Source of the DNA: Mageeibacillus sp. UBA1046
GTDB lineage: Bacteria; Bacillota; Clostridia; Saccharofermentanales; DTU023
Reading direction: 5' to 3'
DNA length: 64,000 nucleotides
Assembly: GCA_002316595.1 (NCBI GenBank)
Contig: DCDV01000030.1
Span: forward strand, 7,955 to 71,954
The notes beneath the pieces were generated by a model. That model was not told the origin of the DNA, did not search any database, and was given only the letters and a program-made list of their open reading frames with translations. The translations under genes and the position numbers were made by a program. This document shows positions 34,104-43,954 of the stretch, piece after piece. How positions within the stretch are numbered: the stretch's first letter is position 1; each line of letters starts with the position of its first letter.

Positions 34104-35080
34104 TAGTCAAAGAGATCAGTAAAGAAATCGACTATCGCTTCAAATATTCTTCGGAAAAATTCGACTACTTGATCCCACCAGCCTTCTTCTTTTGCTGTAT
34201 CAATGAAATCCAAAGCTATTCCCCATGTCTTTTCTCCAAAAGACTGCAGCTGCTCAAGGATTTTATCTACATCTTCAGCACTGAGTGTGTTCTTGAATTT
34301 CTCTAAAGTGCTTGTCAGTCTGTTTATATCCTCCTGAGAAATCTTAATATTGTAATTATTGAGGACATTATTAATAACCACGGTTATCTGCTCAATCGTG
34401 ACATTGTCTTTGCCTTCCTTCTCTACCAGCTCGGCTATCTGACCTTTGATTTCAGTAAGCGCCTTGGAAAACTCCTGCGAATCAAAATCCTCGTTATTGG
34501 CGTTATTGTCCTCTATTACGGTAATGGTAATAAGCTCATCATTGCCGGCAATCATCTTATCCTGGTCAAGCTCAATGCCCTGGATCTCAGCAGCCTTATA
34601 AACACCGGTTAAAGCTGAATTCCCGGTAACAGGACGGATTGATCCGACGATAATCTCGCAGTCATAAATCCCTGCCGTAATGGCAGCGTTGGAATATTGA
34701 TAAGTCTTAACTTTGGTGATATTCTCCAGAGTAACGATTTTGGTGTTGACGCCGGAGCCTTCTTCCTTGAATTCAACTGTAACCGACGAGATCATAGAGC
34801 TGTCAGCAATACTTTGGTTGATAAAACGTTCTGCGTCGCTTCCGGTAACCGTGTGTAAAACAACTCCGGACTGAGGATCTATTCCTAATTGCTCCAGAGT
34901 GCCAGTTCTTTCTGCTTCACTGAGTCCGGAGCCCAGCACAATCACACGTTCTTCGTTGTTAGCTTGCGCAGCGCTTACCTCCTGTCCGGAAAGGAGAACC
35001 GGAGCGCATACGACAGCAAGAGTCAGCATCACACCAGTTAAAGCGGCAAATAATCTTTTCATACTATATTTCATTTTCAT
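34103..35080 (-). CDS. Secreted protein, DUF1002 (YpuA-like) candidate
   Basis: 325 aa. Signal peptide, an ERVIVLGSGLSEAER...LGI start and an overall pattern recalled as DUF1002. Not verified by search. Confidence 0.5.
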   Translation of the reverse strand: MKMKYSMKRLFAALTGVMLTLAVVCAPVLLSGQEVSAAQANNEERVIVLGSGLSEAERTGTLEQLGIDPQSGVVLHTVTGSDAERFINQSIADSSMISSVTVEFKEEGSGVNTKIVTLENITKVKTYQYSNAAITAGIYDCEIIVGSIRPVTGNSALTGVYKAAEIQGIELDQDKMIAGNDELITITVIEDNNANNEDFDSQEFSKALTEIKGQIAELVEKEGKDNVTIEQITVVINNVLNNYNIKISQEDINRLTSTLEKFKNTLSAEDVDKILEQLQSFGEKTWGIALDFIDTAKEEGWWDQVVEFFRRIFEAIVDFFTDLFD

Positions 35081-35186
35081 AATTTACATTCCTCCATAGA
35101 AGCAGTTATAAATGTAACAGCTTATTCCGACTGCTTATTATAAACATAAGATAGCAAACAAATACGTCAATGCTGCGAATATTTTA

Positions 35187-35217
35187 CGCAAAAAGACCGC
35201 CCCTGAGGGACGGTCTT
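35187..35217 (-). terminator. Rho-independent terminator after the cold-shock gene
   Basis: Stem AAGACCGTCCC/GGGGCGGTCTT on the minus strand, followed by TTTTGCG. Confidence 0.6.
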
Positions 35218-35265
35218 ACGCAAAACTTCCTGTATGTAAAAACTCGGGTTTTACCCGTTATCGAT

Positions 35266-35478
35266 TTACAGCGGAGTTACGTTAACGGCTCTGGTCTTAG
35301 AACTGTTCCGGGGATCCGGCTCAGTTTCATAAGTGACACGCTGACCTTCGGACAACGTTTTAAAGCCATCGGTCTGGATCGCGGAGAAATGAATAAAAAC
35401 ATCATCGCCGCCTTCATCATCAGAGATAAATCCATAACCTTTTTCTGCATTGAACCATTTGATTGTACCGTTTTTCAC
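35266..35478 (-). CDS. Cold-shock protein (CspA family)
   Basis: From ORF 35266..35547. [15 protein letters not shown] (RNP1) and VFIHFSAI (RNP2). GTG 35478 has GAGGAGG 7 nt upstream, giving a 70-aa product of typical Csp size. Confidence 0.9.
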   Translation of the reverse strand: MKNGTIKWFNAEKGYGFISDDEGGDDVFIHFSAIQTDGFKTLSEGQRVTYETEPDPRNSSKTRAVNVTPL

Positions 35479-35592
35479 CTGAGGTACCTCCTCAAAATTT
35501 TGTATCTGCATAGAAAAAGCCCCCAACCCCAAGAAACTGACAATCACTAACTTAAGGGTCGTGAGCTTGCATTCCTGACAGAGTACATTGAC

Positions 35593-35622
35593 AATTTAGC
35601 ACACATGATAAATAAAGTCAAC
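35593..35622 (-). promoter_or_regulatory. Cold-shock gene promoter (TTGACT-17-TGcTAAATT), implying a roughly 100-nt 5' UTR
   Basis: Read on the minus strand: -35 at 35617..35622 and -10 at 35593..35598 with an extended TG. Confidence 0.5.
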
Positions 35623-35787
35623 AAAAAACCTTAAAGGTATTGCAAATTACGCTTTACCAAGGAATTTAACCCGCAAATATCGCCTTCGTCATATAATCTT
35701 TATCTGCGTTGCGGTCAAAAATCAGGTAAAATGAAAAAAAAGCAGGAGGATCGGTGAAGGGATATAACCTCTTACCCGGACAAAATT

Positions 35788-36234
35788 ATGCCTCGAAGGA
35801 AATACCGTTTAGATATCGAAGAAGAGCAGATCTTGTGGAAAGATCGGAAGCGTTATCTGGGCTTGCCGATTTCGTTTACCCGCTATGAGGTCACTTCAAC
35901 CCGCTTCATTATCCGCACCGGCTTATTCACTACCAATACGGAAGAAGTGTTGCTTTATAGAGTGCTGGACCTGAAGTTGAAGCGCACCTTGTGGCAAAAA
36001 TTATTCCGTGTCGGCACAGTCACTATTCATACTATGGATCAGACTGCGAGATTAACGGAGTTTAAGAATATCAAGGGCTCCGAGAAGGTTAGACAATTCC
36101 TGGGCAAAATCGTCGAGGCGGAACGCGACCGCAAACGTATCACAGCCCGCGAAATTTATGGTTCCGGCTTCGGCGAAAGTATGGATTATGAATTGGATGC
36201 GGACGGAGACGGCATACCCGACTATTTGGAATAA
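35788..36234 (+). CDS. Bacterial PH-domain (bPH_2/DUF304-like) protein with acidic DxDxDG-like C-terminus
   Basis: 148 aa. The EQILWKDRKRYLGLPISFTRYEVTSTRFIIRTGLFTTNTEEVLLYRVLDLKLKRTLWQKLFRVGTVTI pattern fits bPH_2. No SD before ATG 35788 (see finding). Confidence 0.6.
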   Translation: MPRRKYRLDIEEEQILWKDRKRYLGLPISFTRYEVTSTRFIIRTGLFTTNTEEVLLYRVLDLKLKRTLWQKLFRVGTVTIHTMDQTARLTEFKNIKGSEKVRQFLGKIVEAERDRKRITAREIYGSGFGESMDYELDADGDGIPDYLE

Positions 36235-36418
36235 GATCAGACAGCGTGCCCGCTTGTCCGCAATAGACAAAAACGGCTTACCTGACTGTTTGCAATAATC
36301 AGAGAAGCATACCCTGCTGTTTATAATAAGGAGGGTGACTAAATCGCATGCGGCAGTCAAGCAAATCCGGCACAAACGTCGGCTATCGCAAGCTTGCTGC
36401 AATGCCTTAAAGGAGAAA

Positions 36419-37408
36419 ATGCATACTAAGAAACACCCATTCGGCAAATTTGCCGCGATAATAATCATCTGTGTACTTGTCCTTCTTTCCGCCTGTTCGC
36501 AAACGAACTCCGATGTATCCTCAGACAAGATCAGGATTATTACAGTTAATTTCCCTCCGGCAGACTTTAGCCGCATGATTGGCAAAGACTTGGTTGAAGT
36601 CAGACAGCTTCTTTTGCCAGGTGTGGAAAGTCACGTTTTTGAACCAACTCCTCAGGACATCATTGAGATCAGGGAAGCTGACCTCTTCATATACGGCGGA
36701 GGCTTATCCGATACCTGGGTCGAGAACTTGCTCAAAGACAATGAGATTTCGCCTGATAACACCTTGATTATGATGGATTATGTCACGGCCGTGACGGAAG
36801 AGATCATCCGGGGAATGCAGCACGAGCATGACCAGGATCACGCTGGTGAAATTGATGACGATGATAATCATCACAGACAGGAGAAAGATGAGCATGTCTG
36901 GACAGATCCAAAGAACGCCATAAAGATCAGTGAGGCAATACAAGACAAGCTGATTGCGCTTGACCCGGACAATGCCGGGGAATACCGCACCAACTATAAC
37001 GCCTTCGCCAAGGAACTGAATGATTTGGATGACAAATGGAGCAGCGCTGTTGCTGACAATGAAAGAGATGTGCTGATTTTCGCTGACCGCTTCCCTTTCC
37101 GTTATCTGACAGACGCTTACGGCCTGAAATACTATGCAGCCTTCCCCGGCTGCTCAGCCGAGACCGAACCCAACCCCGCGACCATCGTATTCCTGATCAA
37201 TAAGGTAAGAGACGAGTCCATCCCTTATATCTTCACTATCGAGATGTCGAATCAGGCTCTGGCCAAAACAGTCGCGGAGGAAACAGGTGCTGAGATCCTG
37301 CAGCTTCATTCGATTCATAACCGAACTGTCGAGGAAGCAGCTGAAGCTGTTTCTTATCTGGAGCTCATGTATAAGAATCTGGAAAATGTGACGAAGGCGC
37401 TTAACTAG
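36419..37408 (+). CDS. znuA: Zinc ABC transporter substrate-binding lipoprotein (ZnuA/AdcA type)
   Basis: From ORF 36335..37408. ATG 36419 has AAGGAG upstream. Lipobox LSACS. His/Asp-rich loop HEHDQDHAGEIDDDDNHHRQEKDEH is typical of Zn-specific cluster A-I SBPs. Confidence 0.85.
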   Translation: MHTKKHPFGKFAAIIIICVLVLLSACSQTNSDVSSDKIRIITVNFPPADFSRMIGKDLVEVRQLLLPGVESHVFEPTPQDIIEIREADLFIYGGGLSDTWVENLLKDNEISPDNTLIMMDYVTAVTEEIIRGMQHEHDQDHAGEIDDDDNHHRQEKDEHVWTDPKNAIKISEAIQDKLIALDPDNAGEYRTNYNAFAKELNDLDDKWSSAVADNERDVLIFADRFPFRYLTDAYGLKYYAAFPGCSAETEPNPATIVFLINKVRDESIPYIFTIEMSNQALAKTVAEETGAEILQLHSIHNRTVEEAAEAVSYLELMYKNLENVTKALN

Positions 37409-37518
37409 CAGTACCGCACCCGACAAGCGGTGACGGATCAGGCATGAATGTATACCAATCTGCCGCCCGATAGAAACAGCTGGCTTGCAGTGCCCCACAT
37501 AGTAGAATATCTGTAACT

Positions 37519-37650
37519 GAAGAATGCAGCCTGAATCCAAGTAATCATTCGGGTTGAGGATATTGAGACTGGATGAAGAGAGCAACCTGGATTTAAGCAA
37601 TCATTCATGTTGAGGAGATTGAGAGTGGATGTAGATAGCAGCCTAATTCG
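37519..37650. repeat. About 2.4 tandem copies of a 56-bp unit spanning the znuC translation-initiation region
   Basis: Units at 37519..37574 and 37575..37630 are roughly four-fifths identical by eye. A third partial copy from 37631 forms the first znuC codons. Confidence 0.85.
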
Positions 37651-38371
37651 GTGCGAAGATCTGTCTTTTGGATATGATGGCCGCAGAGTAATCAGGAATC
37701 TAAACTTTTCGATTAACAAGGGTGATTATTTGGCCATTGTGGGCGAGAACGGTTCCGGCAAGACAACCCTTCTTAAGGGTCTGCTTAATCTGATCAAGCC
37801 CTTGTCAGGACGCGTGATTATGAGCCAAGGTCTGGAATACAAAAATATCGGTTATCTGCCTCAGCAGACGCAGGTGCAAAGAGCATTTCCTGCCAATGTA
37901 AAAGAAGTTGTACTCTCCGGTCGTTTGAATCGAACAGCATTTATTCCCCGATACAGCAAACAGGATCGCCAGGCAGCAAAAAAGCAAATGGAACGTATGA
38001 GTATCCTTGATCTTAGTCAGGCAAGTTATCGCGACCTCTCCGGAGGACAGCAGCAAAGAGTCTTATTAGCGCGTGCGCTGTGCGCAGCTGACAGAATGAT
38101 GGTTATGGACGAGCCGGCCTCAGGTCTGGATCCGCTGGTATCACATGAACTCTACTCGCTGATAAGAGAACTCAACCAGAAGGATCAAATGACAATCATT
38201 ATTGTCTCTCACGATATCCACTGCGTGCTGAAAGATGCCAGCCATGTCCTGCATCTCAAAGGTGAGCAGATCTTTTATGGCAAGCGTGAAGATTATATTA
38301 ACTCAGAGCACTCTTATTTATTGGATGGACATACCGAATGCATTGTGCCGAAAGATTGCCGAAGAGGGTGA
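37625..38371 (+). CDS. znuC: Zinc ABC transporter ATP-binding protein
   Basis: From ORF 37607..38371. GENGSGKTT, LSGGQQQR and MVMDEPASG motifs. GTG 37625 lies 7 nt after GAGGAG. ATG 37607 lacks an SD, so the start is uncertain. Confidence 0.85.
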   Translation: MDVDSSLIRCEDLSFGYDGRRVIRNLNFSINKGDYLAIVGENGSGKTTLLKGLLNLIKPLSGRVIMSQGLEYKNIGYLPQQTQVQRAFPANVKEVVLSGRLNRTAFIPRYSKQDRQAAKKQMERMSILDLSQASYRDLSGGQQQRVLLARALCAADRMMVMDEPASGLDPLVSHELYSLIRELNQKDQMTIIIVSHDIHCVLKDASHVLHLKGEQIFYGKREDYINSEHSYLLDGHTECIVPKDCRRG

Positions 38372-38374
38372 ATT

Positions 38375-39223
38375 ATGCCGAGTTTCATTGTTGACTTTTT
38401 CAAATATGATTTCCTGGTCCGGGCGCTTCTGGTAGGTCTTATGGTTTCGCTTTCGGCTTCTTTGCTGGGTGTCAGTCTGGTCTTAAAACGCTACTCAATG
38501 ATCGGTGACGGATTATCACATGTAGGATTCGGCTCTCTGGCCATAGCCACCGCACTGGGAGCCAGCCCCCTGATAATTACCATACCGGTTGTAATCCTGG
38601 CGGCTTTCCTGCTTCTGCGCATAAGCGAATCAGGAAATATCCGCGGTGATGCCGCCATCGCCATGATCTCAACAGGATCCATGGCAATCGGCGTTCTCTT
38701 TATCTCAGTTACAACAGGGGTTAACACCGACATATTTAATTACATGTTTGGCAGTATTCTCTCCATGAGCGAAGGTGATCTGGTACTCAGCCTTATTCTG
38801 TCCGCAATCGTCCTCATCTTGTACGTCCTCTTTTATCATAAGATCTTCGCCGTAACTTTTGATGAGAATTTCGCTCGGGCAACAGGTGTAAACGCAGGCG
38901 CTTATAATTCGTTACTGGCAGTACTGTCTGCAATAACTATTGTTCTGGGCATGCGTGTAATGGGAGCGCTCTTGATTTCCAGCCTGATCATCTTTCCGGC
39001 ACTGACAGCCATGCGCCTGATGAAAAGTTTCCGTTCCGTCGCCATCACAGCCGCTGTCGTATCTTGCCTGTGCTTTCTGATCGGGCTTTTTTCTTCCTAT
39101 GCTCTGGCCTTACCGACCGGGGCCACAATCGTCTGCGTCAACATTCTGGTCTTCCTGCTTTTCTCTGCTGTCTCTGTGCTAAAAAGTAACTTAGCCGGCA
39201 GAAAATTTAAAGAACAGTCCTGA
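38375..39223 (+). CDS. znuB: Zinc/metal ABC transporter permease (ABC-3 family)
   Basis: 282 aa polytopic protein. Position after znuA and znuC. Confidence 0.85.
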   Translation: MPSFIVDFFKYDFLVRALLVGLMVSLSASLLGVSLVLKRYSMIGDGLSHVGFGSLAIATALGASPLIITIPVVILAAFLLLRISESGNIRGDAAIAMISTGSMAIGVLFISVTTGVNTDIFNYMFGSILSMSEGDLVLSLILSAIVLILYVLFYHKIFAVTFDENFARATGVNAGAYNSLLAVLSAITIVLGMRVMGALLISSLIIFPALTAMRLMKSFRSVAITAAVVSCLCFLIGLFSSYALALPTGATIVCVNILVFLLFSAVSVLKSNLAGRKFKEQS

Positions 39224-39287
39224 CGAAAGATACTTGAATGTCCCTGAACTGCATCAGCGGAGCTGTCACAAAAGAACAACATAACCA

Positions 39288-40551
39288 TTATTCATGCTGC
39301 CGCAGCGGATTCATACAATCCTTGTAATATTCTGTACCTTCCCAAAACAAGAGAATCTTAGGATGCATAATCTCATCTATCGTAGTGGGCACATCATAAC
39401 ATTTGCCCGACAGCCGGCCGGGCTGAGGCTGCGCGAGCATACAAAAACGATGGTAAGCGGATGAACATATCTGAGAAAGGATGGAGATCCGTATTGTCAC
39501 CATAAACGTCTTCGTAACAACTGTACATCTGCTCTAGAAAGTCCGGATTTTCTCTGGCTCCTCCGGTGTTAACGATAGAGTCCACTCCCCAAGATTCCTT
39601 GAAATAATCATAGCGAAGAAAAGACACTTCATGCCCTGTCGCACCAATAAACAGCGGCAGATCTGCCATCTTTCCTTACTGGAGAAGGCGCATGGGAAAA
39701 TCCAAAAAAAGATCACCATCTACTACCGGCAGATAAGTAGTTACCCCGCTATCCAGATACTGGCTGAATTGCTGATTGCGATTGCCGATCGTCTCGGCGG
39801 GAATCCCCCTCAGTGCTTCAATGCTGTCAACACCCATAAACTCAAGGTATTTCCGGGCAATATCCTTACCTTCTTCTTTGCTGATTAAGCCTGTAGGAAT
39901 TCCTGAAGAAATAACTGCACCCGCAAGAACATCTGACGTCTCCGGCAGGCAGGGCAAGATAGAAGCAATGGTACCTCCCGCGGATTCGCCCATAACCGTT
40001 ATCCGATCAAGGTCACCGCCATAAGCAGCGATATTATCCTCAACCCAGTGCAAGAGCAATATTACATCATGAAGCCCGGGATTAGCTACAGCTCCGCCGC
40101 CCAGGGAGCTGAAATCCAAGAAGCCCAGAGCGCCTAATCTATAGTTAAAGGTAACAACAGTTAATTTTTGATCCCTTGCAAAATTTGAACCGTTAAAAAG
40201 AGGTGAGCTCCCCGCACCCGACATGAAAGAACCGCCATGAATATATACCAGGACCGGATGTGTCTTGTTGTCATCAGGAGACCAGATATTAAGAGTAAGA
40301 CAATTCTCTGCTTGCCTGCTGAAGCGGCGATAACTCTGAGGGCAAATTTCACCGAAAGAGAAAGCTTCGAAGTTGACCAGAAGCGGAGGCGGACATGGCG
40401 CGCAGAAACGATTTTCTCCACTAGTATCGGAGGCGTAAGGAATGCCTAAAAATCTTTTAACCTTGTCTTCGGCAATACCGATGACAGTACCAGCCCTTGA
40501 TTTCGCAAGTTTTGTTGCTCTGTTGTTATCATTCTCATCAAATTTTTGCAT
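39288..40551 (-). pseudogene. Type-B carboxylesterase (PnbA-like), disrupted by an in-frame TAA and a frameshift
   Basis: ORF 39676..40551 carries FLGIPYA, the HGGSF oxyanion motif and the GESAGG nucleophile elbow. It ends at TAA 39676..39678 in the middle of RLLQ*GKMADLPLFIGATGHE. It continues in the same frame as ORF 39394..39669, then shifts frame into ORF 39288..39503. Confidence 0.65.
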
Positions 40552-40723
40552 AGTCTCTCCAAATATTTAGGTAACATTTATTGAACAATTATAGATTATT
40601 CTGCTTCTCTTGGCAGATAAGCATCGCTTTATTGTATTGAATGTTACCTGTGCAAAATCCAATTGACCCCCATAACATGGCACTTTATAATCTAGGTGCA
40701 TAAATTATGAGAAGAGGGACAGA

Positions 40724-41524
40724 ATGGATAAGCTAAAAAGATTGCAGATTACCATGGTAATTCTTGTAGTATTGCTGCTGGTAGTAATTGCTTTTCTCGT
40801 CTACAGAAGTTATGATCACGAGATGAGCAGTCTACTTAATATCAACGGCCAGCCTAAGTTTGAAAACATCTCAGATAAGGGAGACTTTGTGGTATATCGG
40901 GGCGGTGTTGCCAAGAACTTCACGGGAAGAGGCAACATCAAACTCGAGTGGTACACGGATGCTCTCTGTCCTGACTGTACGCACGCTCATACCACAACCG
41001 AGGATTTCATATTCGAGAAAATTGAGAACGGCTCCCTGGAAATAAAATTTCATGTTCTAAATTTTTTGCCTCAATATTCTCCCGAAGGATATCCTTTGCG
41101 GGCAGCGGCCTGGACCTTAGGTATAGCGGAATTCGCTCCCGATAATATCAAAGAATTTATGAGTCTGGTTTTTGCTGAGAACGATGTGGAGATCAGCGCG
41201 CGAGATGACGCCTATTTCATGGATCTCGCCGAACAGGCTGAAGTCTCGCGAGGGAATATAAGCTTGATAGAAAAGAACCTTTTCGTTCTCGAAGCCATGG
41301 TAAATAAAGCTTCCGTCGGAATCCGCCAAAACGAAGATCTGATAGCGATATCACCTGAAGAAAGAATGTTTGTGCCTTTCATTTTCGTCAGTGGCAGCAG
41401 CGAACAGGCTTTCAGAGGTGAAGCAGAAGATACGCAGGCGGAGATAATCGATCCCATCCAAAAGCTCATTAATGATTTTGATGTCACTCCTTGCGGCAAC
41501 GCTGACGAAGAAGGCTGTTATTAA
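40724..41524 (+). CDS. Membrane-anchored thioredoxin-fold protein with CPDC motif (DsbA-like)
   Basis: 266 aa. N-terminal TM. EWYTDALCPDC, a CxxC motif, lies at the expected start of a DsbA-like domain. Confidence 0.5.
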   Translation: MDKLKRLQITMVILVVLLLVVIAFLVYRSYDHEMSSLLNINGQPKFENISDKGDFVVYRGGVAKNFTGRGNIKLEWYTDALCPDCTHAHTTTEDFIFEKIENGSLEIKFHVLNFLPQYSPEGYPLRAAAWTLGIAEFAPDNIKEFMSLVFAENDVEISARDDAYFMDLAEQAEVSRGNISLIEKNLFVLEAMVNKASVGIRQNEDLIAISPEERMFVPFIFVSGSSEQAFRGEAEDTQAEIIDPIQKLINDFDVTPCGNADEEGCY

Positions 41525-41602
41525 GTGCAATAAATAGCGGCTACGAAGATAATATCAGCTTAAACAAATTTGCGCGGCGATCATATCCCGGCAGTAATAT
41601 CC

Positions 41603-41643
41603 GGAGCAGGTGTTGAAAATTTCCTGCTCCTTTTTATTTTTTT
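41603..41643 (+). terminator. Rho-independent terminator
   Basis: GGAGCAGG-N12-CCTGCTCC followed by TTTTTATTTTTTT. Confidence 0.75.
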
Positions 41644-41762
41644 CTTAGGTTACGACACGATGATAAAAACACAATTATTATTGAAGACAAGAGTATCCAA
41701 TTGTACTCAGTTAGCTAAAAGAAAAATATCAGCTGACTATATGATAGAAAGGAGTAGACGAT

Positions 41763-42221
41763 ATGATAGAAGCGGGAAAAAAACTACCTGATTTTGAATT
41801 GTTAGATGACGCTGGCAATACAGTCACAAGCGAAGATTTAAGGGGCAAGAGGACAATTCTGTATTTCTATCCAAAGGATAATACTCCTGGCTGTACCAAC
41901 CAGGCAGTCTCACTGGAGAACGCCAGAGAGGATCTGGAGCAAAAAGGGTACCAGATAATTGGCGTAAGCAAAGATTCTGTCGATTCGCACAAAAAATTTA
42001 AAGAAAAATACATGCTTAATTTCACATTATTGTCCGATCCCGAACTGAGACTGATTAATGCCATGGGCGTTTGGGTAGAAAAAAAGAACTTTGGCAGAAA
42101 ATATTTTGGAATTGCCCGGACCACATTCCTCATTGATGAGGACCTCATGATAGCCATAGTTTATCCCAATGTAAAACCGTCCGGTCACGGCGAAGAGATA
42201 TTGAAAGATATTCGTTCGTGA
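41763..42221 (+). CDS. bcp: Thioredoxin-dependent peroxiredoxin Bcp
   Basis: 152 aa. YFYPKDNTPGCTNQA motif. AAGGAG SD. Confidence 0.9.
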   Translation: MIEAGKKLPDFELLDDAGNTVTSEDLRGKRTILYFYPKDNTPGCTNQAVSLENAREDLEQKGYQIIGVSKDSVDSHKKFKEKYMLNFTLLSDPELRLINAMGVWVEKKNFGRKYFGIARTTFLIDEDLMIAIVYPNVKPSGHGEEILKDIRS

Positions 42222-42393
42222 CAAATAAGTTCTAGCCTATCTTTTTTTATGTTCTAGCCCGACTTTGTTCCTGACTAAGATTTCCTCTTCTGACGAGAGG
42301 TCCGATTAGACGAAACACAAATAAAATTCTGCTAGCCGCGGCTTAACCCAGCCGCATCCAGGCTTTTGCCGCTCCGCCGAATAGAATCCTGCT

Positions 42394-42430
42394 GGCCGTT
42401 GGCTTAACCTTTAAGCCAACGGCCTTTCTA
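42394..42430 (+). terminator. Rho-independent terminator after bcp
   Basis: GGCCGTTGGCTTAA-CCT-TTAAGCCAACGGCC followed by TTTCT. Confidence 0.75.
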
Positions 42431-42586
42431 TATTATTTATCTTCAATACCCTCGCGAAATTTGCCCATATTCAAAACATCTTCTGCACATCTTATTATGT
42501 CGTATAATTATGCTGATAAAACTTTTAAAGGAAACGTACAGATTCGCAGCTGTTATGCTTGCTGCGACCCTGTGCGACTTGTGAAA

Positions 42587-43852
42587 ATGAAAAATACGGA
42601 CTATTTAAAGCAGCTCGATGAGGAGCTGGTTATCGCTGTCGGCTGTACAGAGCCAGTAGCAGTAGCCTATGCTGCAGCTCTGGCGAAGAAGCAAGCCGGC
42701 GAAGGAGACATAGAGTCTCTGGCAGTAAAGGCCAGCGTCAATATTTACAAGAATGCCATGGGTGTTAATATCCCCGGCACTCAAGAAATGGGTGTGGCTA
42801 TGGCTGCTGCACTGGGCGCGATCGCAGGCGACTCTGATCTGGTACTGGAAGTCCTCAGACATGTTGATGAAGAAGATATTGCCAAGGCGAAGGCGCTTTG
42901 CGATGAGGGGCACGTCTCCTTAGATATATTCAAAGGTGATCAGCCCCTGTATATTGATGTTTTCTTAAGTACCGGTGCTCATTCCGGTCGGGCGGTCATA
43001 GAACATAAGCACGATCTGATAATGCTGCTGGAAAAAGACGGCCAGACAGTATTTATAAATGACACCGAGCTGTCAACTGATTTAAAGGACAGCATCACTG
43101 TTGATGACATAGCTTCAATTTACGACTTTGCAAGGACAGTTGACCTGTCTAAACTAGATAGAATCAGAGAAGCAATCAAACTGAACAGCGCAGTGGCGGA
43201 AGAAGGACTCCGGAAAGGCTATGGCCTGGGTGTTAGCCCGGCACTGCAGGGAACCCGCGATTTAACCGAACTGGATTTAGAACTCTATTGCGCGGTCTTA
43301 ACATCTGCCGCTACTGATGTGCGCATGGCCGGTATACCTATGCCTGTTATGTCAAATTCCGGCAGCGGCAATCAGGGCCTGACTGTCACAGTGCCGGTCC
43401 TGGCTGCGGCCAGATGGCTCAAGTCTGAAGAAGATGAGCATCTGCGGGCGCAGACCCTGGCACATTTAATTGCGATTCATGTTAAAGGCAGCTTCGGCAG
43501 GCTCTCTCCTTTGTGTGGTGCTGTTGCTGCCGCTGTTGGCGCCAGCTGCGGTATCGTATATCTTCTCGGCGGCAAGTTGCAGGAATGTATTGCAGCTGTG
43601 CAAAACGTCTTCGGCTCCATAACCGGAATGATCTGCGACGGAGCCAAAGCAGGCTGCGCTCTCAAAGTATCCACTTGTGTTTTCACAGCCGTTCAGGCAG
43701 CCAAGGTAGCGATGGCGGGAAGATCTATCCAGTCTACAGACGGAGTCATCGAAGAGGATGTCGAAGCTACGATCCGCAACATGGAACGAATATCTAAAGA
43801 AGGAATGGCGGATATGGATAAGTTGTTATTGAATATAATGCTGAACAAATAA
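42587..43852 (+). CDS. L-cysteine desulfidase family protein (UPF0597 / serine dehydratase alpha-like)
   Basis: From ORF 42461..43852. The family-typical N-terminus MKNTDYLKQLDEELVIAVGCTEPVAVAYAAA begins at ATG 42587. SNSGSGNQG and MICDGAKAGCA motifs. The SD is weak, so the start is uncertain. Confidence 0.7.
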   Translation: MKNTDYLKQLDEELVIAVGCTEPVAVAYAAALAKKQAGEGDIESLAVKASVNIYKNAMGVNIPGTQEMGVAMAAALGAIAGDSDLVLEVLRHVDEEDIAKAKALCDEGHVSLDIFKGDQPLYIDVFLSTGAHSGRAVIEHKHDLIMLLEKDGQTVFINDTELSTDLKDSITVDDIASIYDFARTVDLSKLDRIREAIKLNSAVAEEGLRKGYGLGVSPALQGTRDLTELDLELYCAVLTSAATDVRMAGIPMPVMSNSGSGNQGLTVTVPVLAAARWLKSEEDEHLRAQTLAHLIAIHVKGSFGRLSPLCGAVAAAVGASCGIVYLLGGKLQECIAAVQNVFGSITGMICDGAKAGCALKVSTCVFTAVQAAKVAMAGRSIQSTDGVIEEDVEATIRNMERISKEGMADMDKLLLNIMLNK

Positions 43853-43873
43853 TAGAATCTGACAAATAAAACT

Positions 43874-43926
43874 AAACTCCCCTCTTTAGACAAACATTTA
43901 AGTTCTTAAGGAGGGGAGTTTTATTG
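43874..43926 (+). terminator. Terminator candidate (long-loop hairpin plus T-run)
   Basis: AAACTCCCCTC...GAGGGGAGTTT followed by TATT. Confidence 0.5.
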
Positions 43927-43954
43927 TGCATAAATTAATCAGGTCAGGCAGACT

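Noticed and set aside
36327-36418. Strong AAGGAGGG upstream of znuA with a possible 20-codon uORF (ATG 36348), and the listed GTG 36335 start for znuA
   Set aside because: GTG 36335 directly abuts the SD with no spacer, and ATG 36348 lies 13 nt away. The lipoprotein signal peptide starts at ATG 36419, which has its own AAGGAG. I could not identify a convincing Zur box here.
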